Shown here piece by piece: positions 19,727-27,957 of a stretch of 64,000 nucleotides of DNA. The first letter of the stretch is position 1. Each line of letters begins with the position of its first letter. The position numbers and the translations under genes were made by a program. The notes under the pieces are model-generated. The model was given only the letters and a program-made list of their open reading frames with translations. It was not told where the DNA came from and did not search any database. The stretch comes from an uncultured virus (IMG/VR IMGVR_UViG_3300021961_000033) (lineage: Duplodnaviria > Heunggongvirae > Uroviricota > Caudoviricetes), in IMG/VR virus record IMGVR_UViG_3300021961_000033, positions 1 through 64,000 of that record; one strand, given 5' to 3'.

Positions 19727-20463
19727 TATATTTTTGCCTCACTTAGTATATGCTTTACCCATTCAGTATCAGCAACATAGTCCACAAACTTGCGTTTCCA
19801 AAAGTCTGGATCAATATAGGGAAACGCTATCTCAATTTGTTCAGTACTCAACTTGTCCAGCATTTCAATACCAGTACTACTGTTAAACACAACCCAACTG
19901 CTGATGCGTCCCTTGGTAATATCACTTACAATACGATTTTTACTAGCATATAGGAAATAATGATTGTATACACTTTCCTTTTCAGCCGCCCAATCTGCCA
20001 TGGTTTCCAGACTACGCTCCAGTGCATCCTGTACACTCTCTCGTTTTAGATGCATAAACAAGAAGTCCTGGTATACACTGTCCTTGGTCCAGTTATCCAG
20101 CTTCTTGTTTTCCTTAATTACATAGTCTATAAAGCCACTGATGTTTATTGCACGAATGCTCTGACAATGTCTGCCAAACTTCACGAAAGCATTATAGTAT
20201 GGCGATTCACTGAAGTCAGCATATGTTTTTAGTTTAGCACTGCCCTGTGTGAGCTCATAGAAACGCAAATAAGCCTGCATACCAATCTGTACACCAGGTT
20301 CGCGCTCCTGTTGTGCTCTACGTTTAGGCTCACATAGATGCGCTGCTAGAGTGCTTTCTTTACGATACGATCTGCCACAATACTTACATGTATAATCTTT
20401 AGGTTCCATACTATAATTAATTATAGCATCTTTTATAACACTTGTAAAGTCATTCATTTGCAT
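19726..20463 (-). CDS. Zinc-finger protein conserved in the replication cluster
   Basis: CKYCGRSY.....LAAHLC C2HC finger. Confidence 0.65.
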   Translation of the reverse strand: MQMNDFTSVIKDAIINYSMEPKDYTCKYCGRSYRKESTLAAHLCEPKRRAQQEREPGVQIGMQAYLRFYELTQGSAKLKTYADFSESPYYNAFVKFGRHCQSIRAINISGFIDYVIKENKKLDNWTKDSVYQDFLFMHLKRESVQDALERSLETMADWAAEKESVYNHYFLYASKNRIVSDITKGRISSWVVFNSSTGIEMLDKLSTEQIEIAFPYIDPDFWKRKFVDYVADTEWVKHILSEAKI

Positions 20464-21260
20464 TATACGACTTTATTGTTATCCATGGATATATCATATA
20501 CTTTTGTTTTCCATCTAGTGTAATAATATCGGATTTTTTCTGTATCAAAATCATCCAACTTCAGAGCATTATAAAGGGATTTTAGTTCAGTTAAAGTTTT
20601 TTCTACATTTGAAAACCATTGCACATCCCATATATGATCCATATGAACATCTTGTAAAAATGTATCGTTATAATGTTTTCTGTTTGTTATTGCATTATAA
20701 AATGTGGGAAAGTCATTTAGTATTTCCTGTTGAATTTCCTTTGGGAAATCGGAAAATTTTTTAGGTACTACCCTGGGCCAATTGTCACCTTTTATTTCAT
20801 TATATCCTTTTTTAATATTAAAAATTTCGTAATTTCGGCTTGCTGTAAAATTAAAACTATTCTGCAACCCAATTATTTGGCTGTTAGGAAAAATACCAAG
20901 GACATTTTTTAATTGTGCATATGTATGGCAAACAATTGGCATATATATACCACTTTGAAATAATTCTACTAATTTTTCATTATAAATTGCAGTACGATAA
21001 AAAGCAGGACTAAACCCTTTAAATGCATCTAATCCATAAAGTTGTACACAACCTAAATCTAAATCTGACCAATTATTGCTTATTTCATATTGATCTATTC
21101 GTGTTTTTATAAGATTAAACTTGCTAAGACTGTCTAGCGGCGCATCAATATCTTGTATACAAAAGTTTTTGCTTATTCCTAGACAGTTTAAGACAGTCTT
21201 TCCGCCGGCGCCCGGAGGATAGTAAGCAATTACAACTTTATCTGTGTTAAAGTCTATCAT
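20463..21260 (-). CDS. Sulfotransferase-like/P-loop hypothetical protein
   Basis: YYPPGAGGKTV loop; YNEIKGDNWP motif. Confidence 0.4.
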   Translation of the reverse strand: MIDFNTDKVVIAYYPPGAGGKTVLNCLGISKNFCIQDIDAPLDSLSKFNLIKTRIDQYEISNNWSDLDLGCVQLYGLDAFKGFSPAFYRTAIYNEKLVELFQSGIYMPIVCHTYAQLKNVLGIFPNSQIIGLQNSFNFTASRNYEIFNIKKGYNEIKGDNWPRVVPKKFSDFPKEIQQEILNDFPTFYNAITNRKHYNDTFLQDVHMDHIWDVQWFSNVEKTLTELKSLYNALKLDDFDTEKIRYYYTRWKTKVYDISMDNNKVV

Positions 21261-21691
21261 TGTCCACTAGCCTCAGCCAGTTGTTTTAATTCAGATGCTG
21301 TAGTAATACTGGCTAGTAAGTCTAGTTCATCCTCTTTGTAATTAGGATATAACTCTGCGAGTCTTTTGCGTATGTCCGTATTACTGGACTTTTTCTTTTT
21401 GTTGCCTATCCACTGATGGAACTGATTGCCCATGCCTGGGCTCACGGTACATAACAGTTGCCATACAAGTTTAGGATGCTTACTGAGTGCAAAATAGTTT
21501 ACATTCACACGCTGATTGGTAGCCATGAGATAATAAGCATGCAACTCTGCACTACCTTTCACAATACTCATATATCTGTTTAGTAGAAATGGAGCAATCT
21601 TCTTTTGCTGTTCAGGTGTGCAACGATCCCAGAACTTCATATCCTTTTTATCAAGAGCACCCAATACCTGATTAAGAGGCAGTTCAGTCAA
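21257..21691 (-). CDS. 62: Clamp loader small subunit (T4 gp62-like)
   Basis: PFLLNRYMS, N..VN, HP.L.W.LL, QFHQWI, L.ELYP..K. Confidence 0.65.
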   Translation of the reverse strand: MTELPLNQVLGALDKKDMKFWDRCTPEQQKKIAPFLLNRYMSIVKGSAELHAYYLMATNQRVNVNYFALSKHPKLVWQLLCTVSPGMGNQFHQWIGNKKKKSSNTDIRKRLAELYPNYKEDELDLLASITTASELKQLAEASGQ

Positions 21692-21953
21692 ATCTTACTC
21701 CTTTACTAGTAATATGTTCTGCTAGAGCCATGTAAAACATATTGCTGTCGTTTAGAGTTTCAAAATGAATCCACATCATACCCTTGCCCTGTGAACTGCG
21801 ATGTATATGTCTAGTTGCTTGAATATCTCTACTCGCAAAAAAATCATTAACCTTACGCTGTACTTCTGCAATAGCATCTCTGTGACTTCTGCTTTGCGGA
21901 TCCACCATATAATAATATACTCTATAATCTTCTCTTACGATAATTTTAGGCAT
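21684..21953 (-). CDS. Hypothetical protein
   Basis: 89 aa, overlaps both neighbours. Confidence 0.6.
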   Translation of the reverse strand: MPKIIVREDYRVYYYMVDPQSRSHRDAIAEVQRKVNDFFASRDIQATRHIHRSSQGKGMMWIHFETLNDSNMFYMALAEHITSKGVRFD

Positions 21954-22173
21954 TCTTCTTTAACCAAACACGAAAACTTCCACCATCTTTGTTTAACTCA
22001 ACTTCGCGAATTTTAGGATGGTTTCTTGCCCATGTTGGAAACTCATGCAGCATAAGTCCTTTACCTGTAATTACCTTCATGGACTTAACACCACGCCAAA
22101 AGGCCTGGTCTACTTCATTATTAAAATAAATCCAGCCTTCGTGTATTGTCATACCATGAAGATCTAAACTCAT
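21946..22173 (-). CDS. Stand-alone Smr (small MutS-related) domain protein
   Basis: LDLHG, VITGKG, GGSFRV. Confidence 0.85.
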   Translation of the reverse strand: MSLDLHGMTIHEGWIYFNNEVDQAFWRGVKSMKVITGKGLMLHEFPTWARNHPKIREVELNKDGGSFRVWLKKNA

Positions 22174-22673
22174 AACACCTTACTAATGTCTATTATTTCG
22201 TTCTGCTTGTTAATTTCTTTAGCACAATAGACACACCTTGGCTTGGGTCCAGTTTCAATAGGAATAGCTAGTATTTGGCCCTGTTTAATTTTAGGGAAAA
22301 ACCACTTAACATCAGTATACAAATCTACAATGTCAATAGGAAGATAGTCTGCTAAAAACCCGCTAATAGGATTAAAACTAAATGCTTTAAATCCTCTGTC
22401 ATTAAGGCTACTCAGGTTACACATTTCCAGGTCGCCATGCTCAGGTTCGCCAATTAGAATCTTCCAGTCCACTGGCATCTTAATAATATTTCCAGCTATC
22501 CGTAATACAAGTGCTGGCGCATTAAAACTTTCTAGAAATATAAGAGGAATAAAAAAGTAGTCTGGATTTACTGGATCTGAATTATCCAGTACAGCAAAAC
22601 GCAAATCATCTACCTCATCAGGTAGTTCATTCATTTCAAATGCTGCATCTTCAAGTGTTAATATTCTCACCAA
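22170..22673 (-). CDS. Conserved hypothetical protein
   Basis: DYFFIPLIFLESFNAPAL, KWFFPK. Confidence 0.7.
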   Translation of the reverse strand: MVRILTLEDAAFEMNELPDEVDDLRFAVLDNSDPVNPDYFFIPLIFLESFNAPALVLRIAGNIIKMPVDWKILIGEPEHGDLEMCNLSSLNDRGFKAFSFNPISGFLADYLPIDIVDLYTDVKWFFPKIKQGQILAIPIETGPKPRCVYCAKEINKQNEIIDISKVL

Positions 22674-23293
22674 TCTACCCTTTCATTTAATTTTGTTTTT
22701 ATATAATTGTCTAAATAATGCTTTAAAATTGTATATGACTCTGGCGCATAATGCCTAATACAAGGTTCCAAATTAGCGTCATTATCAAAACTCTCACCGC
22801 CATTGTCATACATATATTGATTGCCGCAAAACTCAAACAGTGGAACAATCCTTGGATTTTCCTGTATCCATTTAAGTTTTTCAAATGCTTTAAATCCGGT
22901 AATATGCACATTTTCAAACTTATTACACTGATCCCAGATCAAATATTTTATACCTTGTTGATCCAACCAACTAGCAAACATTATAATATTCATAAAAAGA
23001 TAGTCCCAGGATCTATAACAACTATCAGATAGTTGACCCTCTATTTTATAATGTTCAAACGGAGCAAGATCATATGCTCCTTCTATAGGTTGATCAACTA
23101 CTACTTTGCTTACTTCAAATCTAGTGCAAACTGTAATAGGTATAAAAACATAGACGGGTTTTCCGTTTACTGCTATCCATTCCATAGTAGTTCTTATACT
23201 TCTATAAAAACTGCCACCACCCCTACTAAGATTTACACCTGGGAAATCCTTCCATGCCGCGCCATAACTACACCCATTTAAAAATAAAGTCAT
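22667..23293 (-). CDS. SGNH hydrolase-like protein
   Basis: LNGCSY, NLSRGGGS, C-terminal RHY. Confidence 0.7.
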   Translation of the reverse strand: MTLFLNGCSYGAAWKDFPGVNLSRGGGSFYRSIRTTMEWIAVNGKPVYVFIPITVCTRFEVSKVVVDQPIEGAYDLAPFEHYKIEGQLSDSCYRSWDYLFMNIIMFASWLDQQGIKYLIWDQCNKFENVHITGFKAFEKLKWIQENPRIVPLFEFCGNQYMYDNGGESFDNDANLEPCIRHYAPESYTILKHYLDNYIKTKLNERVDW

Positions 23294-24747
23294 TTCCAGT
23301 CTACTTTCTGTACGTTAAATGGGTATTTTGCTTCAGTATAAAATGCTTTTCTTTTTGTTAGATGTCGTTTTGCAAATCTACAAGTACTTGTAATGTCCCA
23401 GATTTGAACAAAGTCCTTGTCTTCTGCTTTACGAATACCTCGCCCTATAGATTGTATAACTCTAACGAAGCTCTTACCAGGCTCCAAAAGTACGAGATTG
23501 AAAATGCGAGGGATATTAATACCCACAGCGGCAACACCATAAGTGGCCACAATAACCTTATCGCTAGAATCTGCGACTTCGTCATATTCTTGTTTACGAG
23601 CTTGTGCCTTCGTGCCACCGCTGACAAAAACGGCGCCCGGAATCCTCTGGGTAATTTTTGTTCCTGCATTTATCCTATCCACTAATACTAGGGTATTCCC
23701 TGTAAGTCTAATTTGTTCAATTACACCAGCAATGTAATCTATTCTATCTTCCTGCTCTAGTAGGTATTTTAGTTCACTCTGATAGTTTGTGTACTCTTTT
23801 AAGTCTATTAATTGTAACACATTCACTTCGCAATTTGCAAGTACTCCTTTTTCCTGTAAATCAGCAGCACTAATGTGATTAATAACTGGACCTAAACTGC
23901 ACACCAAACTGATCTTTTCAAAGTCTTCCTTGGGTACTGTTCCAGTTAATCCCCAGCGTATGGGTATCTGGCTCATTACGCCAGTGAGTAATGTCTTTAG
24001 TGCATCTGCTTTAGCCATATGCACCTCATCTACCATGATGCACACGACGCCCTCTAGAAACTCTTGTATAGTTATAGGAGCAACCTGGTTCTTTGTATTC
24101 TTAAGAAGTATGTTTAGGCTTTGCCAGGTACAGATGGTATGTGTATGCCCAAACTCTTTACGGTCTCCATAAAACACGCCCACATCTAACCCCATGTTGA
24201 TGTAGTCTGCTTCTGTTTGTGTCACCAAACTCTTGTTGGGCACAATAACAATAGTGCGTCCATGTGCTTCGCATCTGTGACTTAGCACTGCGGTTATAAG
24301 TGTTTTGCCAGCACCAGTTGCTACTTCTTGTAGGCTTTGTGGGTTAGTTAAAAAGTTATTAATAACTTCTACTTGATAGTCTCTGAGTATGATTGGCTGC
24401 CCTGCTGCTGGATGCTTGTCAGGCCATACTTTGTCAGCATAACTATTCTCATCCACTGGCTCCAGCGGATAATCCATCTGATAGTCTCTGACGTCATTAA
24501 GTGTAACATCATAACCGTCACTGCTAAGGATGGGAAGTATCTCAGGCAGCAAGTTAATATAGGTACTGCCGCCTAACTGGAAGAAAGCCATCTTGCCGTC
24601 CCAGCGTCCAAGTCTTACTGCTGGCATGTAACGAGCACCAGGTATCTCATACTTAAATTTATTACTCAACTTGCGGCGAGTATCCAAATCTAAGCCTTCT
24701 ATCTTAACATTAACTTCGTCTTTAACGTGTAATACGCAAGGCTTCAA
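23290..24747 (-). CDS. uvsW: SF2 recombination/repair helicase UvsW
   Basis: WDGK, LRDYQ, ATGAGKT, DEVH, GLTGT, QSIGRGIR. Confidence 0.93.
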   Translation of the reverse strand: MKPCVLHVKDEVNVKIEGLDLDTRRKLSNKFKYEIPGARYMPAVRLGRWDGKMAFFQLGGSTYINLLPEILPILSSDGYDVTLNDVRDYQMDYPLEPVDENSYADKVWPDKHPAAGQPIILRDYQVEVINNFLTNPQSLQEVATGAGKTLITAVLSHRCEAHGRTIVIVPNKSLVTQTEADYINMGLDVGVFYGDRKEFGHTHTICTWQSLNILLKNTKNQVAPITIQEFLEGVVCIMVDEVHMAKADALKTLLTGVMSQIPIRWGLTGTVPKEDFEKISLVCSLGPVINHISAADLQEKGVLANCEVNVLQLIDLKEYTNYQSELKYLLEQEDRIDYIAGVIEQIRLTGNTLVLVDRINAGTKITQRIPGAVFVSGGTKAQARKQEYDEVADSSDKVIVATYGVAAVGINIPRIFNLVLLEPGKSFVRVIQSIGRGIRKAEDKDFVQIWDITSTCRFAKRHLTKRKAFYTEAKYPFNVQKVDWK

Positions 24748-25381
24748 CTATCTTCTCCGCTACCTTTTGGTGACCTTCTTCAAGTGGATGACCACCAGGG
24801 CCTTGAGGAGTTCTGTAAGACCATTCCACAAGCCCTTCATATGGCCAACCTATAAAGTTATCGGTATCTATCATTTGAACATAGCCGTCACTATGCTTCA
24901 TATATCGTTTATTGCGGCGTTGATTGTCAAATGCTGATACAAATTTATAGTTTACATTATAACATTTTAAAAAGCTCTGTAAAAGAATAACTTGTCGTAA
25001 CCATCTACGGTATTCATGTTCTTCATTATTATAGGCTGTAATGTATTTTATTAATTGCTTACGGTAGGATAGTTTAGGATCTTGGTCAAACACACGACTG
25101 CTACATGCAGGCCAAATATCATATGCTCCCCATTCATCTGCATACTCGCAACGCCCAGCACTAGACCAGGATACTATAACCAAATCAGGCTTTATTTCGC
25201 CAACAGCCTGCATAGTTTTTTTAACCATAAACTCATTACCTACTCCTGGCCGGCCATCATTAATTAATTTATAATCAATGGCGTCTGCTACAAGTCTAGG
25301 CCAACAGGATTTCTCAGGATCGGTTAGTTCCTGTCCAAATGTAAAACTGTCACCTACCGTGTATAAAAGCATATCACTCAT
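24722..25381 (-). CDS. SGNH hydrolase-like protein
   Basis: VGDSFTFG, PGVGN, IVSWS..GR, GHPLEEGH. Confidence 0.82.
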   Translation of the reverse strand: MSDMLLYTVGDSFTFGQELTDPEKSCWPRLVADAIDYKLINDGRPGVGNEFMVKKTMQAVGEIKPDLVIVSWSSAGRCEYADEWGAYDIWPACSSRVFDQDPKLSYRKQLIKYITAYNNEEHEYRRWLRQVILLQSFLKCYNVNYKFVSAFDNQRRNKRYMKHSDGYVQMIDTDNFIGWPYEGLVEWSYRTPQGPGGHPLEEGHQKVAEKIVEALRITR

Positions 25382-25393
25382 ACTTTATTATAA

Positions 25394-25432
25394 TAAAAGA
25401 GTGGCGGTGTGTCTATTTCTAAACACACCGCC
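25394..25432 (-). terminator. Intrinsic terminator
   Basis: GGCGGUGUGUUUA-GAAA-UAGACACACCGCC then ACUCUUUU. Confidence 0.75.
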
Positions 25433-25500
25433 CAGTGTTAACTGCATCTGGAGGAGGAGAGGAGCAAGTGATACAGCTAACTAACTTGTAGTATACTACA
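25394..25500 (-). ncRNA. Candidate 3'UTR-derived small RNA with an anti-Shine-Dalgarno loop
   Basis: 12-bp stem 25437-25448/25470-25481, fully paired only on the minus strand (two G-U pairs), around loop ACUUGCUCCUCUCCUCCUCCA; followed by a GAAA-loop terminator. Confidence 0.55.
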
Positions 25501-26550
25501 TTATACTCGCTTCATGCAAGTACTTTCTGCAAGACTTTTCCACTTTTCTGATATTTTTTTAAGGTCACCAATCTTAAGAGCCATACGCAGGCTCATTTCG
25601 CGGAGTTTGTTGCGGTTAGCATACATAAAGTCTAGGATTTCCTGTTCTCCTTCTGGAGTAAAGCCATAGTCTGCACCCCACAACTTGCCAGTTCTAGCAA
25701 TCTGTTTGATGCGTAGGAACTTGTCACGCATTGTGTCTAGTGTAAGGTCCAGATAGTGGCAGCGTGATTGCAGTGCCTCTAAGTGATCCTGTAACCGTTT
25801 GCTCTTTACATTCTCGAACTTGATGTTTGTAATAAAGCAAGCAGTACCTTTAAACTCAAAGTCACTTGGAATGCCTTCACTACGCAATTTAGCACTGTCT
25901 GCATTCCAGAATATCTTACGCTTCTTTCCTGAGTCTAGTGCAGCCTTAAGAATGTTAAGTGCAAGGTCGTCCATAAGTACACTGTCACAGTCATCGAATA
26001 CCAGTACGCTACCTTTATCGCTGTACTCGTATAGTTTGGCATACAAGCCTAGTGCAGTCATTGCACCCTTGACAACTTCAAACTTACGCTTTTGACTGGC
26101 AACATCTTCAAAGATGCTTTGTGCTTCTAGTGTCTGTGTAACGCCATAGCTCTTGCCTACACCCGGAGGACCTGTAACAATCATTGCACGAATGTCACCG
26201 CTCTTAAGAGCACCTGTCATTTCGTTGAGGATTTCGAAACGCTCCTCAATCTCTTTCATGCGTTGCTCATCTTGAGCTTCTGTAAAGGTCGTTTGCTTTT
26301 TAGCTTTGATATCCCGATTAATGTCTAGTGCAGCCAGCTGACGCTTGTAAGCATCTGCTTCTACAAAGGTTAGATCCTTTTTGCTGCACTTAATACGCAC
26401 TGGGCGAGCATAGTCACTACCAAGGATGCTAGCATCCACAGTAATGTAGGACCCGCGGGCGCCAGTTTTAAAGCCCTTTACTACAGGGAACACTTTGTCT
26501 CTGATTTGCAGTTTTTGATACTGCCCGTCTGCGATAAGAACATAATCCAT
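25501..26550 (-). CDS. P-loop AAA-type ATPase (early gene)
   Basis: GPPGVGKS, VLVFDDCD, FITN, ALQSR. Confidence 0.85.
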   Translation of the reverse strand: MDYVLIADGQYQKLQIRDKVFPVVKGFKTGARGSYITVDASILGSDYARPVRIKCSKKDLTFVEADAYKRQLAALDINRDIKAKKQTTFTEAQDEQRMKEIEERFEILNEMTGALKSGDIRAMIVTGPPGVGKSYGVTQTLEAQSIFEDVASQKRKFEVVKGAMTALGLYAKLYEYSDKGSVLVFDDCDSVLMDDLALNILKAALDSGKKRKIFWNADSAKLRSEGIPSDFEFKGTACFITNIKFENVKSKRLQDHLEALQSRCHYLDLTLDTMRDKFLRIKQIARTGKLWGADYGFTPEGEQEILDFMYANRNKLREMSLRMALKIGDLKKISEKWKSLAESTCMKRV

Positions 26551-26702
26551 TAGTCTATCTCCACCTCTTCAACGGTGTAACGAACAATACTAGGATCACG
26601 AAGTAATTCAGTGCAGGCGTCGTTCATGCCTTTTACGGTGCCACGTGAAGTTTGGGAATAAGGGCCTTTTTCTGTGTAGGCTGTAATTACGAACTTTATC
26701 AT
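26550..26702 (-). CDS. 50-aa hypothetical early protein
   Basis: Not in the track: MIKFVITAYTEKGPYSQTSRGTVKGMNDACTELLRDPSIVRYTVEEVEID; strong GAGGAG RBS; TAATG overlap with the ATPase. Confidence 0.75.
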   Translation of the reverse strand: MIKFVITAYTEKGPYSQTSRGTVKGMNDACTELLRDPSIVRYTVEEVEID

Positions 26703-26727
26703 TTCTCTCTCTCCTCTTTATACCTTC

Positions 26728-26755
26728 ATAATAGCACGGATTGCTATTACGTCAA
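26728..26755 (-). promoter_or_regulatory. Early sigma70-type promoter
   Basis: TTGACG-16 bp-TATTAT with extended -10 TG. Confidence 0.75.
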
Positions 26756-26764
26756 CCATTTTTA

Positions 26765-26959
26765 TCAACTTTTATCCCATTCCCACAAATTTTCTAATTT
26801 GTCATATGGACTATAGTAACCAGCTGGTCTAGGACAGTGCGTACACCGAAAGCATCTGAATTTAGTGTCTATTCCTCCGTGTAAACAGTTAGAACAGTTT
26901 CTATCTGCCTCAACAGGCATACGCAATGCGTCCCAAAACTCTTGTTTTTTATCTTCCAT
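26765..26959 (-). CDS. Small Cys-rich (Zn-binding) protein
   Basis: CSNC...CFRCTHC. Confidence 0.6.
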   Translation of the reverse strand: MEDKKQEFWDALRMPVEADRNCSNCLHGGIDTKFRCFRCTHCPRPAGYYSPYDKLENLWEWDKS

Positions 26960-27181
26960 TTATGCTCGTGTGATGTCTATTTCACGCTTGTTAGCAAATG
27001 CCAGCAAATCATTTGCAAGTGTACGAGCTTCTTCACGGCTCAGTGTTACATACTGAAAGAATTCGTTACTAGCAAGATTACGGTAAGTGGAGGTGACCTG
27101 TACACAAACACCGCGGTTTTCTCCGCCCCAAAAACGAGTGAGCTGTAAACCTTCTGTGTTGCTTCTTAAATCGGTAGCCAT
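26960..27181 (-). CDS. Small early hypothetical protein
   Basis: LTRFWGGENRGVCVQVT; AAGGAGAG RBS. Confidence 0.75.
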   Translation of the reverse strand: MATDLRSNTEGLQLTRFWGGENRGVCVQVTSTYRNLASNEFFQYVTLSREEARTLANDLLAFANKREIDITRA

Positions 27182-27210
27182 TTGCTCTCTCCTTTTGTTT
27201 AACTATACCT

Positions 27211-27238
27211 ATATTAACACGAATAACGCAGTTGTCAA
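27211..27238 (-). promoter_or_regulatory. Early sigma70-type promoter
   Basis: TTGACA-16 bp-TAATAT with extended -10 TG. Confidence 0.78.
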
Positions 27239-27245
27239 CCAGTTT

Positions 27246-27437
27246 TTAAAGTGGCCTTACCTTATTAAAAGGGACAGGATACATTACACCGCCTAGTGCG
27301 GATTCAACTACAGCAGCCTTGTCTGTTACAGCAACTACTGTGCCACAAACGGTGCCTGTGCGTACATCAAACTTTACAAGGTTACCTACATTTGGCAGGC
27401 TTGCAAATAGCTCTTGTACACTAACTTCTTTGCTCAT
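27246..27437 (-). CDS. Small SH3/KOW-like early protein
   Basis: VGNLVKF...GTVVAVTDKAAVV; GGAGAG RBS. Confidence 0.65.
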   Translation of the reverse strand: MSKEVSVQELFASLPNVGNLVKFDVRTGTVCGTVVAVTDKAAVVESALGGVMYPVPFNKVRPL

Positions 27438-27466
27438 TGCTCTCTCCGTTTTCTTTAACTATGATC

Positions 27467-27547
27467 ATATTAACACGGATAGCCAGAAAGTCAACCAAAA
27501 TACAAAAAAAATATCCTGGTTGACACCATTAATAGGTGTGTTATCAT
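27467..27547. promoter_or_regulatory. Back-to-back divergent early promoters
   Basis: Minus: TTGACT(27494)-16-TAATAT. Plus: TTGACA(27520)-16-TATCAT. An A-tract lies between them. Confidence 0.78.
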
Positions 27548-27574
27548 AAGTATAGTTAATTAAAGGATGGACCT

Positions 27575-27820
27575 ATGAATACAATTATGATGGTCACTGC
27601 TGTTGCTGGCACAATAGTTGGCAATGCTTGGTTTACTGACATGGACGAATGTTTGGCTGCTCGCGCAAAGGTGATTTCGCAACCAGACGTAACTGCTAGT
27701 TGTATTATTACCCAGAAAGAAGAAGACAAAAGTGCTGTTATGTTTAGAATGTTTTCGGATATAATGGGCAATATGGCAACTGCACAAGAAGAAGCCCTTA
27801 ACAATAGCAAACCAAGATGA
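27575..27820 (+). CDS. Small, possibly exported protein with a Cys pair
   Basis: Hydrophobic N-terminus, F..MDEC...ASC. Confidence 0.65.
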   Translation: MNTIMMVTAVAGTIVGNAWFTDMDECLAARAKVISQPDVTASCIITQKEEDKSAVMFRMFSDIMGNMATAQEEALNNSKPR

Positions 27821-27957
27821 TAGCATTTTTACTATTAGTAATAATTGTTATACTCCTAGCACAATGGTTTCCCGGCGTGCTAGGATTTATCGGCTGGGTA
27901 ATAATTCTAGGCTTCCTAAGCCTGTTAGTATTATTGGTTATTGGATCATTTAGATAG
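27817..27957 (+). CDS. 46-aa hydrophobic membrane peptide
   Basis: Not in the track: MIAFLLLVIIVILLAQWFPGVLGFIGWVIILGFLSLLVLLVIGSFR; ATGA overlap with the upstream gene. Confidence 0.65.
   Translation: MIAFLLLVIIVILLAQWFPGVLGFIGWVIILGFLSLLVLLVIGSFR

Noticed and set aside
25278..25484. + strand 68-aa ORF, or the GGAGGAGG tract as an RBS on the + strand
   Set aside because: The GTG after the tract opens only VIQLTNL before a stop, and the hairpins pair fully only on the minus strand.
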